From positions 1 through 64,000 of the forward strand of contig JAPLDX010000051.1 of assembly GCA_026391215.1 (NCBI GenBank): a stretch of DNA of 64,000 bases, read 5' to 3'. Shown here piece by piece: positions 52,393 to 64,000 of this stretch (positions within the stretch are counted from its first letter, which is position 1; every line of letters starts with the position of its first letter). This DNA is from Bacteroidia bacterium. Lineage in GTDB: Bacteria > Bacteroidota > Bacteroidia > Bacteroidales > VadinHA17. A program made the position numbers and the translations under genes. The notes beneath the pieces were generated by a model. It saw only the letters and a list, made by a program, of their open reading frames with translations, was not told the origin of the DNA and made no database searches.

Positions 52393-53145
52393 TCAGCGTT
52401 CAATGTTAATCCTGTTTCTTACAGTATTCCATGTTCCGGTTATTAAGAAACTCTCTTCCATATAGCTTGTCATCTTTTCAAATCTTTTCATCGGAACTGC
52501 AAAAGTAAGTACATCTTCAGGCACGCATGGACGTGCTGAAGGATCAAACATTCCAATAACTACCCGCTGCCGTTCCGACATACTTTCCAGGTAAGGATAA
52601 TGGATCATTGTACCGCAGCCTGATCCGAAAGGAGTAATCGTTCCATTTGGTTCTGTCTGGTCAAAATTTGCCAGAGTGAATAATCCCGATAATATATCAG
52701 GCCGGGCAAAAAAGATAACAACCTCCGGATTATCATTCACTGTAAGATTATCCCATCTCTTAAAAACTATATTTTTATCTTTAACAGGTAATGTTTTTTG
52801 GTTTTTCATCAGATCTTTTACCATGGCAGGTGTTTTGATATACCGTTCTCCTTCCATCTGATCGTTGCCGCATGAAAGAAAATATTCAAATCCGGGTCTC
52901 ATCTTATCTGTGAAGCCAAGATATCTTTTAGCACCGCCACACATAACTCTTTCAGCATTATAAACCAGCGATTTGCCGTTTCTCACTTTGGCAAGCTCAC
53001 AGATAATACAACTTCTTCCTTTTGGTTTCTCTGCCCATTCCGCGCCACCATTACCTTCGGTGTAATAAAAAACAATCGGAAGCTCAGTATTTCCGAAGTA
53101 CTTCTTCCATAATTTGAGGAATGTTTCTTTTAATAAGATATTCAT
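52393..53145 (-). CDS. DUF169-family protein
   Basis: ELPIVFYY, CGGAKRYLGF, PFGSGC, FDPSAR. Confidence 0.75.
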   Translation of the reverse strand: MNILLKETFLKLWKKYFGNTELPIVFYYTEGNGGAEWAEKPKGRSCIICELAKVRNGKSLVYNAERVMCGGAKRYLGFTDKMRPGFEYFLSCGNDQMEGERYIKTPAMVKDLMKNQKTLPVKDKNIVFKRWDNLTVNDNPEVVIFFARPDILSGLFTLANFDQTEPNGTITPFGSGCGTMIHYPYLESMSERQRVVIGMFDPSARPCVPEDVLTFAVPMKRFEKMTSYMEESFLITGTWNTVRNRINIER

Positions 53146-53441
53146 TTAAATGAGTATTATTTGAAGTAAATTTATGTAATCCTTTTGTCAATAAAGCTCT
53201 TCTTTCAAGGAAAGTCTATTCTGCACCTTCAGGAGCTATTAGGGTCTGTTTATTTTCTCTTCAGTTCCTTTATGAAAATAGGTTAAAATAGTATCTTATC
53301 AATCTAAATATTAGTGAATTAGCCCCCATCTCTCTGTAGGGAGATAGGAGGTGGAGAGGTGAAGTTATATGACGGAGAAGGGATAGGGGTTAATAAAAAA
53401 AAGGATTGTTCACTTCGCTCGCGATCCCCTGGTGGAAACCA

Positions 53442-53652
<211 letters not shown>

Positions 53653-53696
53653 GGTAAGGCGGCGCAAATTACATAATTATTTCTAAAATCAGGTTT

Positions 53697-54731
53697 TTAT
53701 GAGATTTCCCCGGCCAATGATATACCCAGACACCTGATAACTTTCTCTCTTAATGAGCAGGTACCAAGCAGGAACATTAGTTTTGTCACAGAAGCTTCTG
53801 AAGTAATGTCCTTGCCTCCGATAACACCAGCCGCCAGCATTTCTCGGCTTGTTTCATATAAACCCATTTCCACACTGCCGCCATGACACTGTGTTACATT
53901 GAAAATGATACCTCCCCTGTCAATAAAAGATTTAAGATCATCAAGAAACCACTTATAGGTTGGCGCATTGCCGGAGCCAAATGTTTCAACGATGAGTCCT
54001 TTCAACCCCTTTGTATTGATAACTGCCTGCACAAAATTTCTGTTTATGCCCGGGAAAAGCTTCAGAATGGCAACATTATTGTCAAATGATTTATGGACTT
54101 TCAGCTTTGTGTTTCTGCCGGGATACCTGATATCGTCAAAATTATATTTCAGGTGTAATCCGACTTCCGCCAGCGGTGGATAATTTGGTGAGTTAAAGGC
54201 ATCAAAATGCTCGGCACTTAATTTAGTGGTGCGGTTCCCTCGTGTAAGTTCGTTGTCGAAATAGATGCAAACCTCCGGGGCATAAGGTGACCCCTTTTCC
54301 TGTGCAGCAGCAATCTCGATTGATGTGATAAGGTTTTCCCTCCCATCTGTCCGCGGAAGGCCGATTGGCAGTTGAGATCCTGTAAATATTACCGGCTTTG
54401 AAAGATTGCCAAGCATATAGCTCAGGGCTGAAGCTGAATACGCCATCGTATCTGTTCCATGCAGGACAACAAATCCGTCAAAACGATCGTAATTATCTTC
54501 AATTGTCTCAGCCATTTTTATCCACATCTCCGGATCAATATTTGAAGAGTCCCTGACAGGATCAAATGAAACAGACTGGAGATCAATTCCGAAACTGTTT
54601 AGCACTGGAACATGATCAGTTATATGCTTAAAATCGATTGGCACAAGGGAGCCCGTTTTCGGATCATGTACCATCCCGATCGTTCCGCCTGTATAAATAA
54701 TAAGGACCGATATCTCTTTATTCTTATTCAT
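53697..54731 (-). CDS. ansA: Type I L-asparaginase
   Basis: YTGGTIGM, DSSN, HGTDTM, TGSQLP, FGSGN. Confidence 0.93.
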   Translation of the reverse strand: MNKNKEISVLIIYTGGTIGMVHDPKTGSLVPIDFKHITDHVPVLNSFGIDLQSVSFDPVRDSSNIDPEMWIKMAETIEDNYDRFDGFVVLHGTDTMAYSASALSYMLGNLSKPVIFTGSQLPIGLPRTDGRENLITSIEIAAAQEKGSPYAPEVCIYFDNELTRGNRTTKLSAEHFDAFNSPNYPPLAEVGLHLKYNFDDIRYPGRNTKLKVHKSFDNNVAILKLFPGINRNFVQAVINTKGLKGLIVETFGSGNAPTYKWFLDDLKSFIDRGGIIFNVTQCHGGSVEMGLYETSREMLAAGVIGGKDITSEASVTKLMFLLGTCSLREKVIRCLGISLAGEIS

Positions 54732-54738
54732 GAGTTCT

Positions 54739-55505
54739 TCAGATATTGAAAAGCCGGCAAGAATTTTCAAAGGTGACGGAAGCAGTCTCTTCCTCTGTCA
54801 TTTTCAAAATCTCTGCAAGTCTTCTATTTATTATGCAAATATACAAACTCTCATTTCTTTTTCCCCTGTAAGGATCCGGGGTGAGATATGGAGAATCCGT
54901 TTCAAGTATAATGTGCTCAATACCAACTTTTTTCACTATTTCAGCCAATCCGGAGTTCTTAAATGTAAGCGGTCCCCCGATTCCGATCTTAAATCCCCTG
55001 AGGAGAGCTTTTTCTGCATCTTCCATATTTCCTGAAAATGCATGGAACACTCCCTTGAGTTCCTGGCCTTTAAATTCATCAAGAACAGAAAATATTTCCG
55101 GAAACGATTTCCTGGCATGAATTACTACCGGTAATCCTTTACTGATCGCAAAAATAATCTGCCTTCTGAAGGCTTCAATTTGTTCTTTCAGATGAGATAC
55201 ATCCCAGTACATATCAATACCAATCTCCCCAATTGCAATGAATTCATGCTTCCGGGAAATCTCTTCAAGAATTTCAACCTTTTCAATGTAATCATCCCGG
55301 ACTGAAGTAGGATGAAGTCCTATCATAGGGTAGCAGATACCTTTATGTTTCTCTGCTGCAGCGATCATCAGATCGACAGACTGCAGATCAATATTGGGCA
55401 TCAGGAGCTTTACCACGTCCCCGGCAACAGCCCTGGCAATCATCTCATCCCTGTCGGGATCAAATTCGGAAAGGTAAAGATGGGTATGTGTATCAGCCAG
55501 CTGCA

Positions 55506-55506
<1 letters not shown>
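54739..55506 (-). CDS. tatD: TatD-family nuclease
   Basis: DTHTH, GLHP, GEIGID, FHAF, LETDSPY. Confidence 0.93.
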
Positions 55507-56864
<1,358 letters not shown>

Positions 56865-56955
56865 CTAATATGTATATCAAAATTATAAAAACTAAGAATA
56901 CCAGATCCTCTGTTGATAATAATTTATTTAATAAGTGTTATTTAAAAACCTCTGG

Positions 56956-58065
56956 TCAGGAAATCCTGTATAAATTTCCGGGATAGCATTTTATCAGCCC
57001 TTTGAATTCCATCTGCAAGAGGAGGGAAGACAGTTTAAAAACAGGCATATCAAGGGACCTGCAGATTGAATCGATTGTCATTTCGCTTTCACCGGATAAT
57101 AATTCATAAATTGATTTTTCACTGTCATCAAGATCTGAGAACAGGGTTCTCTGGACCGGTGGCCGTAACTTTTCAGGGGTCCAGTTCAGGAAATATTCAA
57201 TATCATCGGAATTTTCAATAAGTGCTGCTTTATTACTTTTTATCAGCTGGTTACATCCGGCTGACCATTGATCTTCAGGTCTCCCCGGAACAGCAAATAC
57301 ATCACGGTTGTATGAATTTGCTATGTCGGCAGTGATAAGCGCTCCTCCTTTTTTTCCGGACTGGACAACAAGCGTGGCATCCGACAGACCTGCAATAACC
57401 CTGTTCCTCTTGATAAAATTGTTGCGTTCAGGCAATGCATCGGAGAAAAAATCAGTAAGTAATCCGCCATTCTTAAGCATAGCATCAGCTACAGGTTTGT
57501 GAATGGCGGGGTATATCGTTTTAAAGCCATGCGCAAGAACCCCTACAGTCTGCAGGTTGTTTGACAGAGCTGCTTTGTGCGAGGTAATGTCAATACCGTA
57601 AGCTAGTCCGCTTATTATTATAAGGTCAGGATGTCCGGCAGCCAAACCTGCAATAATTTTTTCACATATTTCCTTTCCTCCGGAGGTGGCGCTTCGGGTT
57701 CCTACTATGCTGATAATTCTGGATGCGTTAAGGTCACAATTGCCTTTAAAGAAGAAAACCACCGGAGAATCGTCACACTGACGCAGCCTGTAGGGATAAT
57801 CGTTATCAAGATAGAAAAAAGTCCTGATATTATGTTTTGTCACATATTCAGCTTCTTTCTCTGCGGTATTAAGATATGAATGATCGCTTATATATTTTGC
57901 CAGGCCGGAACCAATACCCGGAATTTTAGTGAGTGCACGATAAGATTCATGAAATATGCTTTCAACATTCCCGAAATGGGAAACAAGTTTCCGGGCGTTA
58001 ATATCACCGATCCGCGGAATGAGGCCTAAAGCTATTTTGTGCTTAAGCAAAACTTCTTCCGGCAT
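56956..58065 (-). CDS. dprA: DNA-processing protein DprA
   Basis: IVGTR, SGLAYGID, RNRVIAGLS, GALITA, C-terminal wHTH; ATG at 58065 preferred. Confidence 0.95.
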   Translation of the reverse strand: MPEEVLLKHKIALGLIPRIGDINARKLVSHFGNVESIFHESYRALTKIPGIGSGLAKYISDHSYLNTAEKEAEYVTKHNIRTFFYLDNDYPYRLRQCDDSPVVFFFKGNCDLNASRIISIVGTRSATSGGKEICEKIIAGLAAGHPDLIIISGLAYGIDITSHKAALSNNLQTVGVLAHGFKTIYPAIHKPVADAMLKNGGLLTDFFSDALPERNNFIKRNRVIAGLSDATLVVQSGKKGGALITADIANSYNRDVFAVPGRPEDQWSAGCNQLIKSNKAALIENSDDIEYFLNWTPEKLRPPVQRTLFSDLDDSEKSIYELLSGESEMTIDSICRSLDMPVFKLSSLLLQMEFKGLIKCYPGNLYRIS

Positions 58066-58124
58066 AGCACAAAGAATTGAGACACGTAAATATAAAAAAA
58101 ATAACCCAATCCTCATAACAACAC

Positions 58125-58263
58125 GTACCCATCCCCCAATCCCTCGCTCCGCTCAGGATTTGCCCCCTTCCCTGGTGAACCAAGGAAGGGGGCAAAATCA
58201 CTGGTATACAATAAAATATCCCCCTCATTGCGAAGCAGGGAGGGGGACAAAGGGGGTGGGTAC
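58125..58263. repeat. REP/MITE-like multi-hairpin element
   Basis: Terminal IR GTACCCA/TGGGTAC enclosing TTTGCCCCCTTCC/GGAAGGGGGCAAA and TCCCCCTC/GAGGGGGA hairpins. Confidence 0.7.
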
Positions 58264-58274
58264 ATAAAACTCCC

Positions 58275-59612
58275 CTAGATTACTCCCATATCGAGCATTG
58301 AATTTGCTACTTTCAGGAACCCTGCAATATTTGCACCTTTTACATAGTCAACATAACCATCTTCCTGCTTGCCATAATTTAGGCACTGGCCATGAATATT
58401 TTTCATGATCTCATGCAGACGGTCGTCAACTTCCTTGCTTCCCCATCTGAGCTTCATAGCGTTCTGTGTCATTTCAAGCCCTGATGTGGCAACGCCTCCT
58501 GCATTCACAGCTTTTCCGGGAGCAAATAATATTTTGTTTTTATGAAATGCTTCTACAGCTTCAGGGGTACAGCCCATGTTAGATATTTCGGCTGCCAGCA
58601 TAACCCCATTCTTTATAAGGATTGCGGCATCCTTATCATCAAGCTCATTCTGGGTGGCACACGGCAGAGCGATATCAACTTTCACCTCCCATGGTCTCTT
58701 ACCTTCATGAAACTCAACTCCTTCAAATGCATAGGAATATGGCTTGACAATATCCTGGTTGGAAGCACGCAATTCAAGCATATAGTCAATCTTTTTACCA
58801 GAAATTCCGTCCGGATCATATACATAACCATCAGGACCGGAGATTGTTACAACCTTAGCTCCAAGCTCGGATGCCTTAAGTGCAGCACCCCATGCCACGT
58901 TGCCGAAACCTGAAATTGAAATAGTTTTGCCTTTAAGGGATTCATTCTTTGTTGCAAGCATCTCCTGAACAAAATAGATGCCACCAAAGCCTGTTGCCTC
59001 AGGACGAACGAGCGATCCTCCCCAGTTGCTACCCTTACCTGTCAGAACACCTGTATGATCACCCTTCAGCTTTTTATACATACCATAAAGGAATCCGATT
59101 TCACGTCCGCCAACACCGATGTCACCAGCTGGAACATCAACTTCAGGACCGATATATTTCCACAGTTCCAGCATAAATGACTGACAGAAACGCATTACTT
59201 CTGGATTTGATTTACCTTTAGGATCGAAGTCAGAACCGCCCTTTGCGCCTCCCATAGGGAGAGTGGTAAGAGCATTCTTGAATATCTGCTCAAAACCAAG
59301 GAACTTCAGAATAGAGAGCGTAACACTGGGGTGGAAGCGAAGCCCTCCCTTATAAGGACCGATGGCATTATTGAACTGAACCCTGTATCCAAGATTAATC
59401 CTTACATTTCCTTCGTCATCAATCCATGGTACCTTGAAGGTGAAAATACGATCAGGCTCAATTATCCTTTCAATAATATTTGCCGATTCAAACTGAGGGT
59501 TTTCGTTATAAACCTCCTCAATGGATTCAACTACTTCCCTTACTGCCTGCAAATACTCAACCTCTCCGGGATGCTTCTTTTCGAGGTTGTTCATAATTTT
59601 ATCTACGTTCAT
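58275..59612 (-). CDS. gdhB: Second glutamate dehydrogenase, probably NAD-type (GdhB-like)
   Basis: KHPGEVEYLQAV start, GFGNVAW followed by SGPDG. Confidence 0.8.
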   Translation of the reverse strand: MNVDKIMNNLEKKHPGEVEYLQAVREVVESIEEVYNENPQFESANIIERIIEPDRIFTFKVPWIDDEGNVRINLGYRVQFNNAIGPYKGGLRFHPSVTLSILKFLGFEQIFKNALTTLPMGGAKGGSDFDPKGKSNPEVMRFCQSFMLELWKYIGPEVDVPAGDIGVGGREIGFLYGMYKKLKGDHTGVLTGKGSNWGGSLVRPEATGFGGIYFVQEMLATKNESLKGKTISISGFGNVAWGAALKASELGAKVVTISGPDGYVYDPDGISGKKIDYMLELRASNQDIVKPYSYAFEGVEFHEGKRPWEVKVDIALPCATQNELDDKDAAILIKNGVMLAAEISNMGCTPEAVEAFHKNKILFAPGKAVNAGGVATSGLEMTQNAMKLRWGSKEVDDRLHEIMKNIHGQCLNYGKQEDGYVDYVKGANIAGFLKVANSMLDMGVI

Positions 59613-59717
59613 GATATAATAATATTTTAGGTTATTGATTTAAAATCAGGGAATACAAAGTTCCAGCCTATTTTATTCATTAAAAATGATTTAATTCATA
59701 TTATTAACAGGAGAACC

Positions 59718-60200
59718 TTACGCTTTCGGAGCAAAAGTATTAAGTGAAAAGAAGAGCTTTGATTTCTGTTCTTTCGTAAGCGCACTTATATACACCGGGG
59801 GGTATTTTGCAACTCCCTGTCCCATTTGTTGAAAAAGGATAATACTCTTTACCAGGCCAAAAAACCTGGATTCAGTCTTATATCCTGCAAAAGTTCTTTT
59901 ATTAATTTCAACAGAGTTCTTTTTCCCGCTGACAATTCCTGAAATAAAGTATCTGAATACTAATTTCTCTCCCTCATCGGAAAAGAAAACAAACTGATAA
60001 TTAAGGATCAGAGGGAAGAAAGCAATGATGAGCCATATAGCAACAAGTACTACTGTACAGGCCGTATCACTTATTCCAAGAACAGGAAATTTTATCAGTT
60101 TTGCCACATAGGTAAGTGCAACATAGGCCAGTAATATAACTGTTGTTATGAAAAGTTTAATTCTGACATTGATGATTGTTTTGCTGTTATCGAAGGTCAT
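59718..60200 (-). CDS. Hypothetical membrane protein
   Basis: Two N-terminal transmembrane helices, 160 aa. Confidence 0.72.
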   Translation of the reverse strand: MTFDNSKTIINVRIKLFITTVILLAYVALTYVAKLIKFPVLGISDTACTVVLVAIWLIIAFFPLILNYQFVFFSDEGEKLVFRYFISGIVSGKKNSVEINKRTFAGYKTESRFFGLVKSIILFQQMGQGVAKYPPVYISALTKEQKSKLFFSLNTFAPKA

Positions 60201-60244
60201 GGTTAAAAATTTTAGTAAACTTAACCTCTTTTTTCCAAATAACC

Positions 60245-60685
60245 TTATCGCCGGGATTTAAAGAATTTAACTAAAAGATCTTTGCATTCTTTCACTTTAA
60301 TACCTCGGACTATTTTAGTTTTTGGATGAAGTAATGGGCCGATGATTTTTGTATAGCCTTTTTGTTCGTCAGTTGCCCCATAAACAAGTGCTGAAGCCTG
60401 GCTCCAGCCTATCGCTCCTGCACACATTGCACATGGTTCCAGGGTGACATAAATGGTGCATCCTGTCAGGTATTTTCCCCCGAGCCAGTTTGTTGCAGCC
60501 GTAATTGCCTGCATCTCGGCATGTGCGGTAGGATCTTTTAAAGTTTCAGTGAGATTATGTGCCTTTGCTATTATGGTATCCTTGCATACCACAACTGCTC
60601 CGACAGGGATCTCCTTTTTATCAAAAGCTTTCCTTGCCTCCTCAAGAGCCGACTTCATGAATATCTCATTTTTGTTTTCTTTCAT
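60245..60685 (-). CDS. tadA: tRNA adenosine deaminase family
   Basis: EIPVGAV, HAE, EPCAMC. Confidence 0.88.
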   Translation of the reverse strand: MKENKNEIFMKSALEEARKAFDKKEIPVGAVVVCKDTIIAKAHNLTETLKDPTAHAEMQAITAATNWLGGKYLTGCTIYVTLEPCAMCAGAIGWSQASALVYGATDEQKGYTKIIGPLLHPKTKIVRGIKVKECKDLLVKFFKSRR

Positions 60686-60772
60686 CCTGTTCAGTTGAGA
60701 AGCCTAAAATTACGAAGAATAATTTTCATATTTCTGATCCTCAATTTTTCTTACTTTTGCTGAACTAAACTG

Positions 60773-62539
60773 ATGAAGATGTACAGGACACATACATGCG
60801 GAGAGCTTGGATTAAAAGATTCAGGGAAAGAAGTTACCTTATGCGGATGGGTTCAGCGATCAAGAGATCTTGGCGGGATGACATTTGTTGACCTTCGCGA
60901 CCGTTACGGAATAACACAGCTGGTATTCAACATGGAAACAGACAAGGAGCTTTGCGGACAAGCCAGGAAGCTGGGACGTGAATTTGTCGTCCAGGCAAAG
61001 GGAAAAGTGAGGGAAAGAAGCAATAAGAACCTTAAGATTCCGACAGGGGAGATAGAGATAGAGGTTACAGAGCTGAACATAATAAATCGCAGCGAGCTTC
61101 CTCCCTTCACCATTGAAGAAGAGACTGACGGAGGAGAAGAGCTGAGGATGAAATACCGGTATCTTGATCTCCGCAGAAATTCAGTTAAAAACAATATTAT
61201 CCTGCGTCACAGGGTGGCTCAGGAAGTCCGCAAGTACATGGATTCCATAGGTTTTATTGAGATTGAAACGCCTGCCCTCATCAAATCAACACCCGAAGGC
61301 GCACGTGACTTTGTTGTTCCAAGCAGGATGCAGCCGGGAACGTTCTATGCCTTGCCGCAGTCACCCCAGACCCTTAAGCAGCTGCTTATGGTGGCCGGGT
61401 TTGACAAATATTTTCAGCTGGTAAAATGCTTCCGCGATGAGGATCTCAGGGCTGACAGACAACCCGAGTTCTCACAAATTGACTGTGAAATGTCGTTTGT
61501 TCAGAGAGATGATATCCTGGATACATTTGAAGGTCTCGCAAAATATCTATTCAAACAAATCAAAGGCGTCGAATTTACGGAACCTTTCAGAAGGATCACG
61601 TATAGTGAGGCAATGGAAAATTACGGATCCGATAAGCCAGACTTCAGGTTCGGAATGAAATTTCAGGATCTGACGACTTTAGTCAAAGGAAATGGATTCC
61701 AGGTTTTTGATGGCGCTGAATATATTGGAGGTATCTGTGCAGAAGGTTGTTCGGAATATTCAAGGAAACAACTTGATGAGCTGACGGAGTTTGTAAAACG
61801 TCCTCAGATCGGCGCGAAAGGTATGGTATATTTAAAATGCGGAACAGATGGCACGCTGAAATCATCAGCTGACAAGTTCTATTCACAGGAGGATCTCGGA
61901 AAATGGGCCGCAGCGATGGATGCAAAAAAGGGCGATCTTATACTTATACTGGCCGGTGAAAAGAATAAGACACTAACCGCCCTTTCGGAGCTCAGGCTTG
62001 AAATGGGCAACAGGCTCGGATTAAGGAAGAAAAATACATTCGTCCCTTTATGGGTTGTAGATTTTCCCCTGCTTGAATGGGATGAGGAGGAGAAAAGATT
62101 CTTTGCGATGCACCACCCATTCACATCACCGAAGCCGGAAGACCTGCACCTGATGGAAAAAGATCCAGGGAAAGTGCGTGCGAATGCTTATGATCTGGTG
62201 ATAAACGGAGTGGAGATCGGAGGGGGCTCAGTCAGGATACATGATGCATCTGTTCAGCAGCTTATGTTTAAAGTGCTGGGATTTACTGAAGATGAGGCAA
62301 ATGCGCAGTTCGGATTCCTGTTGAATGCATTTAAATACGGGGCGCCCCCGCATGGTGGTATAGCCTTCGGCTTTGACAGATGGGTGGCAATGTTCGGTGG
62401 ACAGGATTCAATCCGTGATTTTATTGCATTCCCAAAAAACAATTCCGGCAGGGATGTGATGCTGGATACTCCGGCGCAAATATCAGAAAAGCAGCTTAAT
62501 GAGCTGCAGATTAAGGTTGACCTGAAAAAGCAGGATTAA
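60773..62539 (+). CDS. aspS: Aspartate--tRNA ligase
   Basis: [41 protein letters not shown]; TACTTTTG promoter element at 60752. Confidence 0.98.
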   Translation: MKMYRTHTCGELGLKDSGKEVTLCGWVQRSRDLGGMTFVDLRDRYGITQLVFNMETDKELCGQARKLGREFVVQAKGKVRERSNKNLKIPTGEIEIEVTELNIINRSELPPFTIEEETDGGEELRMKYRYLDLRRNSVKNNIILRHRVAQEVRKYMDSIGFIEIETPALIKSTPEGARDFVVPSRMQPGTFYALPQSPQTLKQLLMVAGFDKYFQLVKCFRDEDLRADRQPEFSQIDCEMSFVQRDDILDTFEGLAKYLFKQIKGVEFTEPFRRITYSEAMENYGSDKPDFRFGMKFQDLTTLVKGNGFQVFDGAEYIGGICAEGCSEYSRKQLDELTEFVKRPQIGAKGMVYLKCGTDGTLKSSADKFYSQEDLGKWAAAMDAKKGDLILILAGEKNKTLTALSELRLEMGNRLGLRKKNTFVPLWVVDFPLLEWDEEEKRFFAMHHPFTSPKPEDLHLMEKDPGKVRANAYDLVINGVEIGGGSVRIHDASVQQLMFKVLGFTEDEANAQFGFLLNAFKYGAPPHGGIAFGFDRWVAMFGGQDSIRDFIAFPKNNSGRDVMLDTPAQISEKQLNELQIKVDLKKQD

Positions 62540-62542
62540 GAT

Positions 62543-63892
62543 TTACTTGTTGTCGCTTATCTTTCCTATCAGCGTTGCCGATGTGCATCTATCGACAAGC
62601 ACCCTGACAAACTCTCCCTTTCTTTTGTTTCCTTTGGGAAAAACAACAATCTTGTTCTGTGATGTCCTTCCTGATAAATACTCATCGGATCTTTTTGAAA
62701 ATCCCTCAATAAGCACCTCAAAAATCCTGCCAACATCATTCCTTTTTGATTTTGCCGAAAGCCTGTTCTGAAGGGCAATAATTTCATTCAGCCTGGCTGT
62801 TTTGATATTGTCAGGGACATCATCCTTAAGCTTCCGGGCAGCTTTTGTCCCGGGTCTTTCACTGTATTTAAACATATAGGCAAAATCAAAGCCTACCCAT
62901 TCCATGAGTGACAGCGAAGCCTGATGATCCTCTTCAGTTTCGGTACAAAATCCTGATATCATGTCGGTTGAGATGGCACAATCAGGTATTATCGTACGGA
63001 TAGCGCTTATCCTGTCCATGTACCATTCCCTTGAATATTCGCGGTTCATGAGCTTAAGAATCCGGGTGCTGCCGCTCTGGGCAGGAAGATGAATATGCTT
63101 GCAGATATTATCATACCGGGCGATTATTCTTAGAAGGTCATCTGAAATATCTTTGGGATGGGAAGTTGAGAACCTCACCCTGAGCAGTGGATCTATCCGG
63201 GCTACTTTCTCAAGAAGCTGCGGGAATTCTGTAACAGCACCTTTATCTTCCCATTTATATGAGTCCACATTCTGCCCTATCAGAGTCACCTCTCTGTAAC
63301 CCGATTTAAACAATTGCCTGACCTCCTTTATTATGGATCCGGGCTCACGACTTCTTTCGGCTCCCCTGACATAAGGGACCACGCAATATGTGCACATATT
63401 ATTGCATCCCCTCATTATGGACACAAATGATGAAACGCCGTTCTTATCCATTCTTACCGGCGAGATATCTGCATACGTCTCCTCGCGGGACAACAAGACA
63501 TTCACAGCTTTATGCCCTGATTCTGCTTCTGCAACAAGAACAGGAAGGTCACGGTAAGCATCAGGACCGGCAACAATATCAACCAGCTGTTCAGCTTCCA
63601 GCACTTTTTCCTTCAGCCGTTCCGCCATGCATCCTATCAAACCGACGATTACCTCATTCTTTTTATTTTTCAGGTGACGGATGGCTTTAAGCCTGTTCCA
63701 GATACGCTGTTCCGCATTCTCACGGATTGAACAGGTATTGATAAGAATTACTGAAGCATCACTTATTTCGTCTGTCAGCTTAAAACCCTGTTTGGAAAGA
63801 ATTGAAACAACAACCTCGCTGTCAGCAACATTCATCTGACAACCGTAGGTCTCAACATATACTTTGTTATTTTTCAAAGTTCCAGTAATCAA
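62543..63892 (-). CDS. miaB: tRNA-2-methylthio-N6-dimethylallyladenosine synthase
   Basis: [15 protein letters not shown] radical-SAM motif, TRAM domain. Confidence 0.97.
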   Translation of the reverse strand: MITGTLKNNKVYVETYGCQMNVADSEVVVSILSKQGFKLTDEISDASVILINTCSIRENAEQRIWNRLKAIRHLKNKKNEVIVGLIGCMAERLKEKVLEAEQLVDIVAGPDAYRDLPVLVAEAESGHKAVNVLLSREETYADISPVRMDKNGVSSFVSIMRGCNNMCTYCVVPYVRGAERSREPGSIIKEVRQLFKSGYREVTLIGQNVDSYKWEDKGAVTEFPQLLEKVARIDPLLRVRFSTSHPKDISDDLLRIIARYDNICKHIHLPAQSGSTRILKLMNREYSREWYMDRISAIRTIIPDCAISTDMISGFCTETEEDHQASLSLMEWVGFDFAYMFKYSERPGTKAARKLKDDVPDNIKTARLNEIIALQNRLSAKSKRNDVGRIFEVLIEGFSKRSDEYLSGRTSQNKIVVFPKGNKRKGEFVRVLVDRCTSATLIGKISDNK

Positions 63893-63917
63893 TTTTGGTA
63901 CTGATCATGATAGATTG

Positions 63918-64000
63918 TTTGATCGTTCGTTCGTTTGATCGTTCGTTTGATCGTGAGAACGTTTTGCTTCGAACGTTCGAACCTTCAAACAGTCAAACCA
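63918..64000. repeat. Short tandem repeats (TTTGATCG/TTCG and TTCGAAC units)
   Basis: TTTGATCG TTCG TTCG TTTGATCG TTCG TTTGATCG, then TTCGAACG TTCGAACC TTCAAACA GTCAAACC. Confidence 0.7.

Overview
AT-rich chromosomal segment of a Bacteroidota (Bacteroidales-like) bacterium, judged from TAnnTTTG promoters, T9SS C-terminal domains and Bacteroidota-type rprXY, lptE and secG. Two housekeeping blocks flank a ~26 kb accessory region. The left block (1-27.3 kb) carries an ECF sigma, a TonB receptor, a CarH-like MerR regulator, kdsB, a sigma54 activator, lptE, secG, groESL, lepA, rprXY, rnc, fabF, acpP, purN, an M23 peptidase and leuS. The right block (53.7-64 kb) carries ansA, tatD, two gdh genes, dprA, tadA, aspS and miaB. 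The accessory region lies between the 3' ends of convergent tRNA-Arg(CCG) and tRNA-Ser(GGA). It holds an unannotated histone-H1-like gene, a FISUMP remnant, a lipoprotein/DUF5723 pair, a URO-D-like methyltransferase-sugar porter-DUF5107-GH2 operon and a 2.2-kaa triple-propeller T9SS protein. The best leads are: a candidate sigma54-dependent sRNA antisense to start-codon regions; sigma54 control of groESL next to a sensor-less activator; a putative O-methyl-sugar demethylation operon; a CarH homologue that has lost its B12 ligands; a long structured element abutting tRNA-Ser; and a possible 53-kb inversion. No CRISPR array, intact transposase, integrase or reverse transcriptase was seen. Family names are motif-based recognition, not database results.
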